A stretch of DNA of 64,000 nucleotides from Octopus sinensis (GCF_006345805.1 NC_043019.1:930001-994000); one strand, 5' to 3'. Counted from the first letter of the stretch, positions 38,398 through 51,515 are shown. A program made the numbers and translations. The notes: generated by a model from the letters alone, not told the origin.

Positions 38398-39139
38398 TTC
38401 CCACACTTTATCTGCTACCATCGCGATCCCACTCAATGTTTTTAGAAGGGGATCCATGGTGTCACTCCTAACCTGTAATCACTCTTATCTCCCCGACAAC
38501 ACTACTCGAATCTCTTATTTCAGGAACATGAATAAATACGCAATGTCCATCTCAGATGGAAAACTGTAACCCCAAAAGCTGCCACTATTCCCTACAATTG
38601 TTAGCATGCTTAGAGTATAACTCTTCCTCTGTTGACCACCCATGAACTAGACATATAAACATGAATCATACGTCTATCTTTTACCACAGTACTGCTTTGC
38701 TGTATGATGGTACATCACAAATCCTGATATAATTAATTTGTTCGGGATTAATTATAATTAATAACATGAATAGGATTAAAATTAAATTCAATATTACTTT
38801 TAATTCTAAGATATCAAATCTGAAGATCTTGAAATCAAGAATTCAATAATATATTTTATTATTCAATCAACAGTATCAACTATAATTATTATAGAAAAAT
38901 GACATTACTATTTATCCTCTCCACAACTACATTAGCACTGTCGAAGCCGCTCATTATTCTAAGAGCATAAATAGCATTAACCGAAGTCACGTCATCCCTT
39001 GTTACAGCACAGCTGATCCGTTTCCTTCCCAGAAGATCGGAACCAAAATAAGATTCTAGTGAAAAACTCATGACCACATCATACAGAGTACTTGCGACCA
39101 CAATGACAGCAGGTGCCAAATGACCACTACCGAACAATG

Positions 39140-39541
39140 CACTTCTTTATCCATACTCGTCGAGCGCTACAGATCTTCCAGGACGATGCTCGTTGTAGTC
39201 TCCGGTTCGGAATTCCTGGAACCACCGTTGATACTGGATTAAGCTTATTGTCCGAGTCCTATATACTGTATTAATACTCCCCGCATTTTCTGTTGCCTTG
39301 TTGCCTTTATTGAACCCATAAAGCAACATACGCCGAATATCTTCCTTTGTCACTTACATTATTGCTTTGAAAAAATAGGTGTTAACATCGAACTGCACTC
39401 TTCAAAACTTGCACTAAGAACAAGTGGAGGGTAAATTTGCTATCTGCTTTTATAGCAAATTCATGCAAGTAGTTTATCTCGTCCACCTCTGACTTTTAGT
39501 TCGTGCAATTGAAGAAACCGCATTATCTATGCGATGGCATA
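39140..39541 (-). mobile_element. Mariner (Mos1/SETMAR-like) transposon 5' relic with N-terminal HTH
   Basis: KEDIRRMLLYGFNKGNKATENAGSINTVY...QRWFQEFRTGD...RPGR matches the mariner transposase HTH; TIR-like GATAATGCGGTTT near 39515-39540. Confidence 0.8.
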
Positions 39542-39542
39542 C

Positions 39543-39590
<48 letters not shown>

Positions 39591-40427
39591 GAAGTATCCA
39601 TATGAATTACATCAGACTGGGATGATTCAAATTGCATCACTACTTCTCTCCACTTGTCCTTGAAGAAGATTGTGCGAATCGTTAGCCTTCCCACTCACCA
39701 CGGCTAGTTATCTATTCCGTTTGTTTGTTTGTACCAGGTAATTTAATTAATAGGAAGATAATGTTAATTAAAGACAAAATAGAATCATTAAAATATTCAA
39801 TGTGTAGAAAATTAAACAAAGATTACATTGATTAAATATTGAAATATTCTATTGAATTTCGATTTCAATATCTTTAGATTTGATGTTTTATTAGTAGCAA
39901 TAAACCATTCAATGTAATTCTAATGCTTTTCATATTATTAATTATAATTAATTACGAGCAAATTATATCATGATGGAGCACGAACAGAAAAGTTTTGAAG
40001 AACATTTGTCATATTTTGTGAATGAACGTTAACCAAATTCATTTCGATTTTTTTCTTTAGCTTCTACTCAAAGCGCTTGTCGCAGTACGTGTCGGAACTT
40101 TAGTTTGTATTGTGAAAGTAATAATTGGTGTCAGACAGTGAGTACAGCTGGAATAGTTCCATGAAAGCATGCTCTTATGTTGTTTAAACGTTTGATTCTC
40201 CCACCCACGTTGGTTTGTGAAAAGAGTTTAGCACTTGCCGTACACTGACTCTGTTTTGTTTTACACAGTTATCTTAATCGTATGTCAAAATCATAATCGC
40301 AGAAAAGCGGTTCGTGTGTGCATCTATTAAGCCGTTTTATGTGTATATCACTAAATTACATACGTACATACACAGGCATTCACACATTGCAATCACAGAC
40401 ACATGCACACACACACGTATATATATA

Positions 40428-41304
40428 TACAAGTTGCAGTGAATAAACTGTGGTCTAAATTAAGCAAAATTATTCCAACAGATATATTTACCAAAATTAC
40501 GTAATAATATCTTGAAATACTAAAGATTAAATTTATTCAATAAAATCGCTATTCGCTTATACCACGGCTTCCAGACGACTTCGGAATCTCCTTAATACCC
40601 TTCTGGACGGTCTCTATGTTTAATTTGCTGAATACTGCCATTACCTTTGCCTTCAGTTCATCTATGGGGTTACAAGGAGTTTTGTTGGTTTCTCGCTCAA
40701 CTGCGCCCCACATATAATAATCAAGGGGTTTGCAGTCTGGTGAGTAAGGTGGACAGATGTAAGGGGTAATGTGGTTGCAGAAATTCTCTGACAGTCATAA
40801 CTGGGTTCTCCTGCTTGTGTGGCATGGTGCAGAGCCCTGCTACCAGACATAGAGTCTTCCAGCAGCCACCCTCTGGAGCAGCACCCAGAGCAGCATTACC
40901 TCATCCAGGTACTTGATCTAGGCCTCCGCGTTGAGTCTGAGGCCGTGTGGGAAAATGGATGGTGACATAACGTCGCCATCACTAGTGGTCCCTGCAACCA
41001 CCATGATGTTGACTAGATGTTTGACTGTTTTCAGTCTCGGTACGTGTCGTCAGATTGCACTGTCCTCAGATTCGCAGCAAGACATTCTGAAGTGTTCGTG
41101 TTGGAGCTTCCGGTGCAAATACCAAGCAGCGCATGTCGTTTCCAAATTTCTGGCAAAGTGAATAGTGTCATGATGCTGCGTTTCTCACAGACGGTGTCCA
41201 ACAGACCCTACTGTACTGTGTAGTCGATAGAATCGAAAACAAGCAATGTGCACGCACGAAATTAAAAATATAATATGGTGACAGTTTACCCATCACAGCA
41301 GGTA
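40428..41304 (-). mobile_element. Internally deleted Tc1/mariner-superfamily transposon (maT/DD37D-like)
   Basis: N-terminus MTLFTLPEIWKRHA..., then directly KHLVNIMVVAGTTSDGDVMSPSIFPHGLRLNAE...VW*QGSAPCHTS...PPYSPDCKPLDYYMWGAVERETN...RFRSRLEAVV; degenerate TIR-like ends sharing TAAACTGT. Confidence 0.8.
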
Positions 41305-41781
41305 TGTATTTTTAAATTTTAGCTCAAGGACAGTAATCTTGGGATCGGAAGTAAATCAATTAATTCGACTCCAGTACTCAAATGGCATCTATGTTATTGA
41401 TCCCGAAGGAATGAAAGGCTAAGTCAATCTCGGCGGAATTTGGACTAAGAACGTAAAAAGAGAAGAAATGGGGCAAAATATTTTACTCGACGCATTAATG
41501 ATACTGTCTACTTGCCGCCTTTGACACAGATATCTTACTAATATTTCGTAGATGTAAAGTAGCGATCTGGTAGAATCGTTAGCAGGTTGGTTAAAATGCA
41601 TTATGGCATTTCGTTCTTCTTCAGTACTGAGTTCAAATTCCACTATGAGTTCGTTGTGTTCCACTCGACCGTACCCCTGCCATACTTGGAATTTTGCCTA
41701 AATTTGAATTTGTAGATGTATACATTCGTACATATGTACACCTTGAAATGGAATATACATATATAATATATGCATGTGTAT

Positions 41782-41832
<51 letters not shown>

Positions 41833-41842
41833 ATATACTCAT

Positions 41843-41885
<43 letters not shown>

Positions 41886-42552
41886 TATACAAATATAAAA
41901 TGCGAAAATTAGGAGAGAAGAGAGAAAGATAAGACGAGGGACGAGTGAGAATGTTGAACACGAAGGATGATTTGTTTTGATGCTACTACATGAAACATAT
42001 ACGTTCTATTGTCTTTGATGACAGTTCTGCGAGAAATAAAAGGAACTAAGGCTGTACTGACATATGTCAATACGTAAACAATATCTCTTCTGGATAGTAA
42101 ACATCAAAACATTGCATGCTTTGAAGACGTAGATATATATAGTCATTGATATAATATAACTTCGTATACAAATTTATTCTATCATCGTGTGATAAAACAT
42201 GGTGTATTTGCTGCGTATCTAATCTGAGAAGTTTAAACATACATCACCGACGCGACTTATGAACAAAATGGCTGTGCTATGGAATATATCCAATGCACAA
42301 TATATAATGTTGTATCTTTTTATATGATATCTTTGGAGACAGGATATATTGCTAATGAGAACTATGGATGGTCACGAGAGAATATGAACATTATTATATA
42401 TGTAAGTTTTTATATTTTTTCTTGCGTCTATCCTACGTGTACATTTTGTAGCATTAATGCATTTTTTATTTATTGACATATACATATGCACACACTCACG
42501 CATATGTCTGCACAGGCTCACATATTCATAAATGTGTGTGTGTATATATATG

Positions 42553-42603
<51 letters not shown>

Positions 42604-42805
42604 GTGTGTGTGTGTGTATATATACATATGTACATGCATATTTATATATGTATACACATATATATATATGTATATGTATACATATATTTACATATATATA
42701 CATGTACATATATATATACCTTCATACACATATATGTATATGTATACAATATATTATTTTAATAGATCTCTATCTTTCTCTCTCTTTCCCTCTCTCTCTC
42801 TCCAT

Positions 42806-42853
<48 letters not shown>

Positions 42854-42859
42854 ATATAT

Positions 42860-43137
42860 GGAGGCGCAATGGCCTAATGGTTAGGGCAGAGGACTCGCGG
42901 TCTCGATTCCCAGACCGGGCGTTGTGTGTGTTTATTGAGCGAAAACACATGAAGCTCCACGAGGCACTGGCAGGGGTTGGTGGCGGTACTCTTTCGCCAG
43001 AACTTTCTCTCACACTTTCTTCTGTTGGCCTGCTCACTTAGCCAGCGGGGTGGCGTCATTTGAAGGCTAAAAACAATGCAAAGCGCATTGTGACCAGCGA
43101 TATGTAGCAACATCTGATAGTCTGGTCGGGCACGGTG
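42860..43137 (+). mobile_element. SINE family B variant with a third type of 3' tail
   Basis: Family B head and body, then GGCCTGCTCACTTAGCCAGCGGGGTGGCGTC...CTGGTCGG. Confidence 0.75.
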
Positions 43138-43427
43138 AAATATATATATATATATACATAATGTATTCAATATATATTAATATATTAATACAATATCTTA
43201 TTGTATTTTACTATACACTTTTACCGTTTCCAATTTTAGCGCTCCCTTTTCAATATTTGTTTTCTCATAAACTAATGCGTGTGAAGGTTTCTCTTTAACC
43301 CGGAGTAATTGTGGAAATATCTGATGAGAAACAAGTTTATATTGATCAAATTTCGAAATCATGTGATGAGTGTTTACCGAACAACTTCGTCCTCTGAGTT
43401 TATCTCGCCATAAATACAAGTTGTTGT

Positions 43428-43806
43428 GGAGGCGCAATGGCCCAGTGGTTAGGGCAGCGGACTTGCGGTCGTAGGATCGCGGTTTCGATTCCCAGACCGG
43501 GCGTTGTGAGTGTTTATTGAGCGAAAACACCTAAAACTCAACGAGGCTCCGGCAGGGGATGGTGGTGATCCCTGCTGTACTCTTTCACCACAACTTTTTC
43601 TCACTCTTACTTCCTGTTTCTGTTGTACCTGTATTTCAAAGGGGCCGGCCTTGTCACTCTCTGTGTCACGCTGAATATCCCCGAGATAAGGGTACACGTG
43701 TCTGTGGAGTGCTCAGCCACTTACACGTTAATTTCACGAGCAGGCTGTTCCGTTGATCGGATCAACCGGAACCCTCGTCGTCGGAACCGACGGAGTGCTT
43801 CCATCC
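43428..43806 (+). mobile_element. SINE family B, full length
   Basis: Consensus match; TSD acaagttgt at 43416-43424 and 43807-43815. Confidence 0.88.
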
Positions 43807-44615
43807 ACAAGTTGTGGCTTGCTGCTCACTGACTCGAATATTTCACCTGTTTAGTGATTTTCTGAGTTCAATTTTAGCTCTCATTTCTAAAACTTGCCGG
43901 TGCCGTTTTGCTCCCTCTTTTCTCTTTTTCTCGTTCCCATCTCTCACATTTCTTGGCCTTCTTCTTTAATCTACCTGCTTTCCCTCCTCATTTATCTCCC
44001 TTGTACCTTTCTCTATGTCACTTTGATTTCCTCTCTTTCACGTTCTTCCCATGATTCTTCAATCCCTCTGCACCCTACCACTCTCCTTTCCTTTCACGTG
44101 ACCGGTGTTCGGCCAAGCATGATCTTACTATCTGGGTTCGACTACCGACCGCGAAGTATCTCTTACATTCCTGTCTCATGACTTTCCTCTCTTATGTTCA
44201 TCTCCTATGGTCCTGCCTCATAACTTTGACTCTACACTCGCCATCTCAACTTAATTCGTCCTTGGTGGTCAAACGACACCTGCTGTTATGTTCTTGCTAT
44301 TTATATTTCTAAATGTGTAACATTTTATCCGTTTTTTTTGTCTTTGTTGTCGTACACATTCGCTTGCATTCTCCCCAAAATTGTAAAGCTCATAGCTTAG
44401 ATTTTTGGTGCCAGCCAGATTTGAGCAGTATGAAATGTAATGGGCCGAAACTGTTATGATTGTGTGGATACTTGACTGATGAGAGGTTGCTGCGAATGAC
44501 CCGTCCCTATTTTTTTTCCTCTCTGACTTATAATTGATATTCCTATCCGTCTTGTTATCGTCTGTCCAGATGTTTCGTTGTCATCTTTTGCGTTAGTGTT
44601 CCATTTTAAAGATTG

Positions 44616-44647
<32 letters not shown>

Positions 44648-46824
44648 TGCTTTTTTCAGCCATTATTAGCCTGCGGCTATGGTGGGGCACAACCTTGAAG
44701 CGTTTTTAGTAAGATGATTCGACCCAGGTATAATTTTCTAAGCCCAGTACTCTTTTGCTGGACGGGACGCAAAGAAAACAGCCCCGGCCATCAAGCGGCG
44801 TTGGAGTGCCAAATAAACGCCTTGTTCCTGAAGCTGCAAACTTTTAACGCGTAAACAGTGCATAATAAAAATACAATGAACTATGTGAAATAACTGAAAG
44901 TGACCCAATATCAGGAATTTTGATAATTAGTTTAAGATTTTGAGGCACGGCATACCACGCGAAAAAAACTGTGAAGCCATAAAATTACAAAAAAAATTTC
45001 TTCTTCAGTTGGACAGAAGAAAGAAACGAATATCACTCATGATAAATCTCTCAAAGAACGGAGGAGATAATATCATGAAATTAAGAATTCATCTGCCTTC
45101 GTATGTGTGTGTGCTTAACGAAATTGATGTCTCAACTTCCAGGATACAAATGCAATTGCATTTTCATCTAGTGGGTGAAAGGAATTCCAGACTTTCCTTC
45201 CCCTAAGCATGAAGCATGTAATCTAACTTTGGGAAGTCAATTAATTTATAGTAATTGTTTCCTCATTGAGAGTTTCTAAGAACTGCCGCTAGGTTTTGGT
45301 CTTTGTTCTCTAATTAAGAGCCTAATTTAAATTAATTAATTATATCTTGCGTTCAGCATTGACATTTCGTACGTACTTCCCACGTTTCTTTATCGAGTCT
45401 TATTACAGTTACTGTCAGTATTGGTGGTATGCCACTTTGTATCTACTTTATCCTCTTAAACTTCCGAGTTCAAATCATGCCAATGGGCCTAATTATTTTT
45501 CAGTTTTCTATAAGAGGCAAATTAAACTACCAGACAAATACGTTCATTTATCAAACTGACGTTGTCTTTCTCCAACATGTGATGCTTTGTACTTATGATA
45601 GAATTTAGTACTACTTTTAATTGGTAGTGAACTAATTCAAACATTAGTGTTTCGTACAAAATTTCGCGAAATTAATTACAGCTCTTTTATGTCTTTAGTT
45701 CAATTCCTCACTAAATTCAAATTTGCTATTCATCACTTTGTGGCCCACGATAGAAAATTCTTGTAAAGGACCAGATCAGTTTAATCAACTATCTCTCCTT
45801 CACAAAACGTTTTGGTCTGATCTACCAGGAAGGCACGTAACAAGCAGCCAATAACAAACAGCTCATTAAAATCAATAGTACGCTAACTTATATAAAATAC
45901 TTTCCTGGGATCGATTTGGTCGACTAAAGGCGGTGCTCCAGCATGGCTGCAGTCAAATGACTGAAAGAAGTAAAAGAGTAACTACACGAACTGAAACACA
46001 CTTGGAATTAGAAAATCAATCTCCATCACTGAATATACACCTGTACTAGATATCAACAAAAACAACATTATACAGATTCCCCCACAAAAAAAAAACTATC
46101 ATGTAATATTCAAAAACATGAAGCAAAAAATAACCTTAAATAAGAAGAGGTCGGAAGATTTCTGGTTCAATTGCTGGACCGGATGGTGCGTTGTGTTCTT
46201 CAGTAAAACGTTGCATTTCACGTTGACTTCACCTTTCATCCTTTCAGGATCGATAAAATAAATACCAGTTGAATACTGGTGTCGACGTAATTGTCATAGC
46301 CTTTCCCCGAGATTTCTGGTCTTCCGCCAGAATTTGAAATCAATATTGAAGCAGTCTACGTAACATTACATGATACAGTACCGATAGAGGAATTTCATAA
46401 TGCCAAGCTGATATCTGAAATTTTAATCGAAGTACAATTACGATGGTTCCGTCATTTAGTGCAGAGAGAAAAAAAATCGATATTTTCCAGTCAAGGATTC
46501 AATGAAAAAAAAATCAATATTATACAATCATGAATCATGTTTTGGGAAATACCGGATGACCAAGCTGGAAATACCAAAATTGTATCGATCCGCTTCATGG
46601 TAAATTTCAAGCAGCTGTTTCCGCAAAAGCCGAAGTGTATCAAGTGCCGGAACGCAAACCATAACACGAGGAAATATTTACATGATAACTCGATATGCCT
46701 GAAGCAGCAGCCAACCCACCATGAAATCACATATTTTCACATAGCGTTCAATTATAAAACGTTCCAATTTGACGAGCTGACAAAAAGATTAAGGCAAATG
46801 TTATTAAAAAAAATTACAATAAAG

Positions 46825-47130
46825 TTACGCTAAACTGATACAGTTTATTTCATTTGTTTGACATCCTTTAAATGGCGGCCTCTAATCCTGATATACTGCT
46901 GAAATCGATTTCTTGAGTTTTCTATCATCGAGGTGTCATTTCCGACACTATGTATGAGCTTTGTTGATGTATAGCAGTCTGCAAATCATCAAGGGTTATC
47001 GGTCGATATTTGTAGACCTTAAATTACTGGTTCCAAGAACCGAATCACAAGGAGCGAGATCAAGCAAAGTAGATGTTCCAAACACCAGAATTAGCAACAG
47101 TGCACCACTAATAACGCGTTCGCTGTTTAC
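46825..47130 (-). pseudogene. Tc1/mariner transposase C-terminal relic
   Basis: Frameshifted DLAPCD...KVYKYRPITLDDLQTAIH...RFQQYIRIRGRHLKD, the SPDL-P-D region and C-terminus. Confidence 0.7.
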
Positions 47131-47178
47131 AAGTCTTTCGGGAAGCTGTTTAAGATTATATTGCCACCAGTAGCAAAT

Positions 47179-47283
47179 GGAGGTGCAATGGCCTAATGGT
47201 TAGGGCAGCGGACGCGCGGCCGGAGGATCGCGGTTTCGATTCCCAGACCGGGCGTTGTGTGTGTTTATTGAGCGAAAACACCT
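47179..47283 (+). mobile_element. SINE family B head only
   Basis: tRNA-like head ending at GAGCGAAAACACCT. Confidence 0.75.
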
Positions 47284-47994
47284 GATTTTAAAAATCCTCT
47301 TATAGAACTATTTCATCAAAAAGTATAGAACTATATTATCACCCTTAAATTTGAGAAACAAACACCCATAACTTTTTTCTTTTAAAACTTAATTGCATGA
47401 AATTTATACCATGAAATTCCTCAAATCGAGCTCTGTCATTTAAGCTGAATTAAAGTATAGTTTGTTTTTGAAATAAAAAAAAGTTAATAACACTTAAATC
47501 TAGTATTTTTACTTACTTATATATTTTTCATAATATTTTACCTCACAACGTCGTTGATACAAATTTCTGTTGCATGGGAACAAAACTATGAAATCCTTCA
47601 TGCTTTCTGCTATCATTGTAGCTAAGATAAATATATTTTGCTATTAAAATAAGTTATTTAGATCTAAACTTAATTGCGTTTCTTATCTTCTTATAACGTT
47701 GCAAAACATTTTGATGTAAACTTTTTCTACAGGGTCAAATCTCATTTTCTTAATGCCAAAATATAGCTAGGGACCAATCCTCTTCAAAAATGTTAACAGT
47801 TTTCATTTGGTTAAGAACTGAATTAGTGATAAACCCTGCTGCATGAGGGCAAATAGTGGCCTTAAGTATATTATTCAACTTTTACCATAGTTCAATGATA
47901 TTGTAAGTATAATTCTTTGTAAACGTGAGAGGAAGTTAAAAGGGATCTATGAAATTATTCACGAAATAATATAGAGCTACTATAGTTTTAGCAT

Positions 47995-48331
47995 GAAGGC
48001 GCGTGGCTCAGTGGTTAGAGCGTCGAGCTACGATTGCGAGGTTGTGAGCTTGAATCCCGGACCGGGCTGCGTGTTGAGTTCTTGAGCAAGACACTTTATT
48101 TCACGTTGCTCCGGTTCACTCAGCTGTAGAAGTGAGTTGCGACGTCACAGGTGCGAAGCTGTATCGGACTTTGCCTTTCCCTTGGACAACATCGGTGACG
48201 TGGAGAGGGGAGGCCGGTATGCATGGGCGACTCCTGGTCTTCCATAAAAAAACAACCTTGCCCAGACTTGTGCCTCAGAGGGTAACTCTCTAGGTGCAAA
48301 CCCATGGTCAGTGTCTGACCGAAGGGGGTCA
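47995..48331 (+). mobile_element. tRNA-derived CORE-like SINE
   Basis: Head GGCGCGTGGCTCAGTGGTTAGAGC; block TTCTTGAGCAAGACACTTTATTTCACGTTGCTCC; related pieces at ~12220-12400 and ~8145-8265. Confidence 0.75.
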
Positions 48332-49307
48332 CCACCACCATAGTTTTAGTAAATAGTATAATGTACATATATTTGTTAGAATAAAGTATATAGGAAAAAT
48401 ACTTGTAAAATATCTTATAGGTCAGTTGCTCCATATTATATTATGAATATTCAATCTAGTTTTTAGAATATATTTTGAGGACATGAAGGAGAGAGTATGT
48501 AGGTAATATAGTTTATAGAATAAACTCTTCGTTACACAGCATGCCTTCAGGTGTCAGCGACCACGGATCTCAACACCATTCTTTAAAACTACCTTGTGAA
48601 GACAACGAATACCTATTCTCTTTGATTTAACCATGGTCGTCTTTCTTCCACTTTTTCAATAGACAATAACTGATCAGCACTTTTTTGCCTCTCATTTGAT
48701 GTCCATTGAATATAGTGCTGTCTCTCAGTGTGTTGAGAAAACACCGATTGTTTCTGATTATCTAAGGACTTCAGCGAATGATGTTCTATCTGTATATATC
48801 TCCACCATTCATGAAACAAACTTATCTCTAAGGCATTTACTTCTAAGAATTTAAGATCACACAGCTATATATAAATATATTGGCATTTCATTCTTACTCA
48901 TAACCTTATATTTGGCATTAAATGTTTGATCACATCAAAAGCAGCCTTGATCTGTCCAATAATTGACTTTGATGTATTTTCCCCTTCCTATACTCTTACA
49001 CCTCACATATGCTTAAAATTATGGACTTGTTTCAATGCATTGTTCAATAAATTGTATTAATTTGCATGTTTGCAAGCATCACAGTGTTAACATTGAACGA
49101 CACTTTCTCATAATGAAATATTTTCTGTCCCTGTAATCTTATTCAGTGTGTTCGATGGTGAACTGGTCATTTCACAGCGTTTTGCTTCCCGACTGCATTG
49201 TACCGTGTTCAGTCTAACTGTGTGGAACATAGGGCTGTGTGTTTTTCGCTATATTTTCAAAGACCTGGGAATGGAATTGCTACACGGAAACTGAAAGAAG
49301 CTGTCAT

Positions 49308-49338
<31 letters not shown>

Positions 49339-49434
49339 TATACTGTAAAATTAGATTTAATCCTAAATCTAATTTTCCCCTGTAAGTTTAGATTTACTCC
49401 CTAATATATATATATCTATATATATATATATATA

Positions 49435-49485
<51 letters not shown>

Positions 49486-49509
49486 GAGTGTATTTTACCT
49501 TGTTAATAT

Positions 49510-50590
49510 TAACACGGATAAATAAATAAATAGTTACCAGGGCAGCAATATAAAATTTTCTACATTGATTCTGCTCAGTCTAATTGTAAATTCAATAATG
49601 TAGATAAGATTTCTAGTCGTAAAAGAATTATTGATAACAAACATAACTTACGCACCGATACAAAGCGAATGAAGGCAGATAACCCTTATTTATTCCCATA
49701 TTACCGATCTAAAAGTAAATATAACACCTTCAAAAGTAATTACGCTATGAATACTAGTAAAAATATTTGGTTAATAATTCCTTACGGGAGACAAATTAAA
49801 TCTAATCTCCCACTGCTGTTTCGTCAACCCTCTAGAAATATTAATAACAAGGTTATTGTATCTGAAGTCAATTCCAATAGAATTAAATTTATGTCAAGTA
49901 ACTCCAAGATTAAAAATTGTGTATAATCAGTACTCGTAATAAAGTACGATTTTACATTGGAAGCACATCGTTAGAGTTATCTAAAAGAATTTCTATCCAT
50001 TTACTCAACATTTAGGGATAGAAATAAACGGAATAGTACCGGTCTCAGCAAACTGATTTGGGATTTAAAAGACCACAATGAACAATTTCATTTAGAATGG
50101 TTGATCCTCTCAATTTCGATACCATATGACAAAGGCAAGAATTCTGTCTTCTCTGCAATTCTGAGCTATTTTTCATTATTTTTTCTAAAAATACTCTAGT
50201 AAACACGGTTATAGAACGAGCATACAGATGTAAGCATTGGCAGAAACATACTTTTAGTGCATATAAGTAGTCTCTATCATTATATATAGTTTAAACTTTA
50301 ATTTCCTTTATATTTACATTCACTATTAATATCCCTACTCTTTCTGTTAGCTACTTATGACGTTATATCATATAACGTTTTTTTAAACAATATTAATAGC
50401 GTTTTGTCTATCGCTATACGAATCCATCATTTTTTGCTAAAATGTCGTATTGACGAGTTTCGTTTTTTCACCTTCCCGAAGAGAAGATTGCATTGTTTAT
50501 ACCTTTTATTCTTTTGAATAGTATCAGTGGAATTTTCGAAACACATGTAGAAAGTAAAAATACTTGTTTAAACCTGCGTTAACTCCATTT
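49510..50590 (+). mobile_element. Penelope-like element 3' fragment: decayed GIY-YIG endonuclease plus terminal repeat with hammerhead
   Basis: KNIWLIIPYGRQIKSNL...KVRFYIGSTSLELSKRISIH..TFRDRNKRNSTGLSKLIWDLKDHNEQFHLEW...CLLCNSE...N...RCKHWQK (frameshifted), the GIY-YIG with CCHH-type motif seen in Penelope-like elements. Confidence 0.85.
50471..50554 (+). ncRNA. Type I hammerhead ribozyme variant (U4-to-C) in the Penelope-like 3' region
   Basis: CCUUC-CCGAAGA-GAAGAUUGCA-(loop)-UGGAAUUUUC-GAAAC-ACAU-GUA|GAAAG; stem II 9 of 10 pairs, palindromic ACAUGU in stem III. Confidence 0.65.
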
Positions 50591-50619
50591 TTTATTCATA
50601 TATATATATATATAGGACG

Positions 50620-51130
50620 CTGGAAAGGTTGTAACTGCTGATTCTACTGAAGAGATCTTCCGTGCTCACACATATATCCAGGAGCATTTCAATCAGTGGC
50701 CGTAACACCTGTAATAGGACAGCCTGTAACTGCCCCATAACAGAGTTTACGTAAGGTTTATCGTCGTTACGTAACCTGCATAATGTAGGAACATCGTTGT
50801 TGAATGCTTGAAAAGTTTGTGCTGTCTGTTTCTCGGGTTGGAGTACGTTGCATCCCATTCCCATATATCTATTGACACGTTTTTCCAGTCTTTCATGTTC
50901 TTGTGGTGCAACTTCTCTCACGCTACTGATGTTTGTTGCATGGCCTGGATATAGTTCTGGTCTGGACATAATTCTGTACGCTGTCAATCGACAGTATGCC
51001 TTACTTGTCCGTAGGGAAGCACCCTAATTCCTTGTTCCTAATTGCTGTGTCAGCCTTTGTAGGAGTTTGGCAACAGATGACTTGAGTTGGTGGGTTTCCC
51101 CCTCATTACGTCTTTTCGTGGTTTTGTTAT
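50620..51130 (-). mobile_element. Penelope-like reverse transcriptase N-terminal fragment (decayed)
   Basis: NKELGCFPTDK*GILSIDSVQNYV, then after a frameshift PTLCRLRNDDKP...LLQVLRPLIEMLLDICVSTEDLFSRI; resembles PTDKSG..., LYGLRKDHK and L.PL.....STED motifs of Penelope-like RT. Confidence 0.65.
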
Positions 51131-51269
51131 AGCGGCCTAAGTTATGTCGGAATATATTATTGGCCAAGGAAACCTTTGTCTCTGTGTCACTGTCTCACAT
51201 TTAGTCTGTAGGGTAGATCCTCGTATTGTCGTATGATTTGTTGTTGGGGTAATACGAAACAGAGCGTAT

Positions 51270-51515
51270 GGTGCTAGTGGTGTTACTATCGCTATGGTTG
51301 TTGTTACGGTTGCCGGCATTGTTGTTGCTGGTGGTGGTGGTCGTCGTCGTAGTGCTTGCATTGTGTTCATTGTTGTTATTGTTGTTACTGTTATTAGAGG
51401 TGGTATTGGTGACAGTGGTGGTGTGGATGTTGTGGTTGGTATTGTCTGTGTGTGAGGTGTTACGGTAATTGTTGTTATTACCATTGTTTTTGTTGTTATT
51501 ATCCTCACTTTTGAT
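51270..51515. repeat. Imperfect (GTT/GGT)n microsatellite
   Basis: Directly visible; source of the Thr/Val-rich ORFs. Confidence 0.9.

Noticed and set aside
43319-43372. CUGAUGA-GAAA...UUUC-GAAA hammerhead-like match
   Set aside because: The cleavage triplet would end in G (AUG) and stem I does not form; chance or dead relic.
43428-43510. Possible tRNA gene (also the other SINE heads)
   Set aside because: A and B boxes present, but the sequence continues into a SINE body with TSDs and the acceptor stem is not complete.
46537-46833. Cys-containing 98-aa ORF (KCIKCRNANH)
   Set aside because: Too little similarity to assign; lies among transposon relics.
50592-50987. 131-aa ORF as a host exon
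   Set aside because: Upstream frameshifted PTDK*G motif and STEDL motif fit a decayed Penelope-like RT; no good splice sites.
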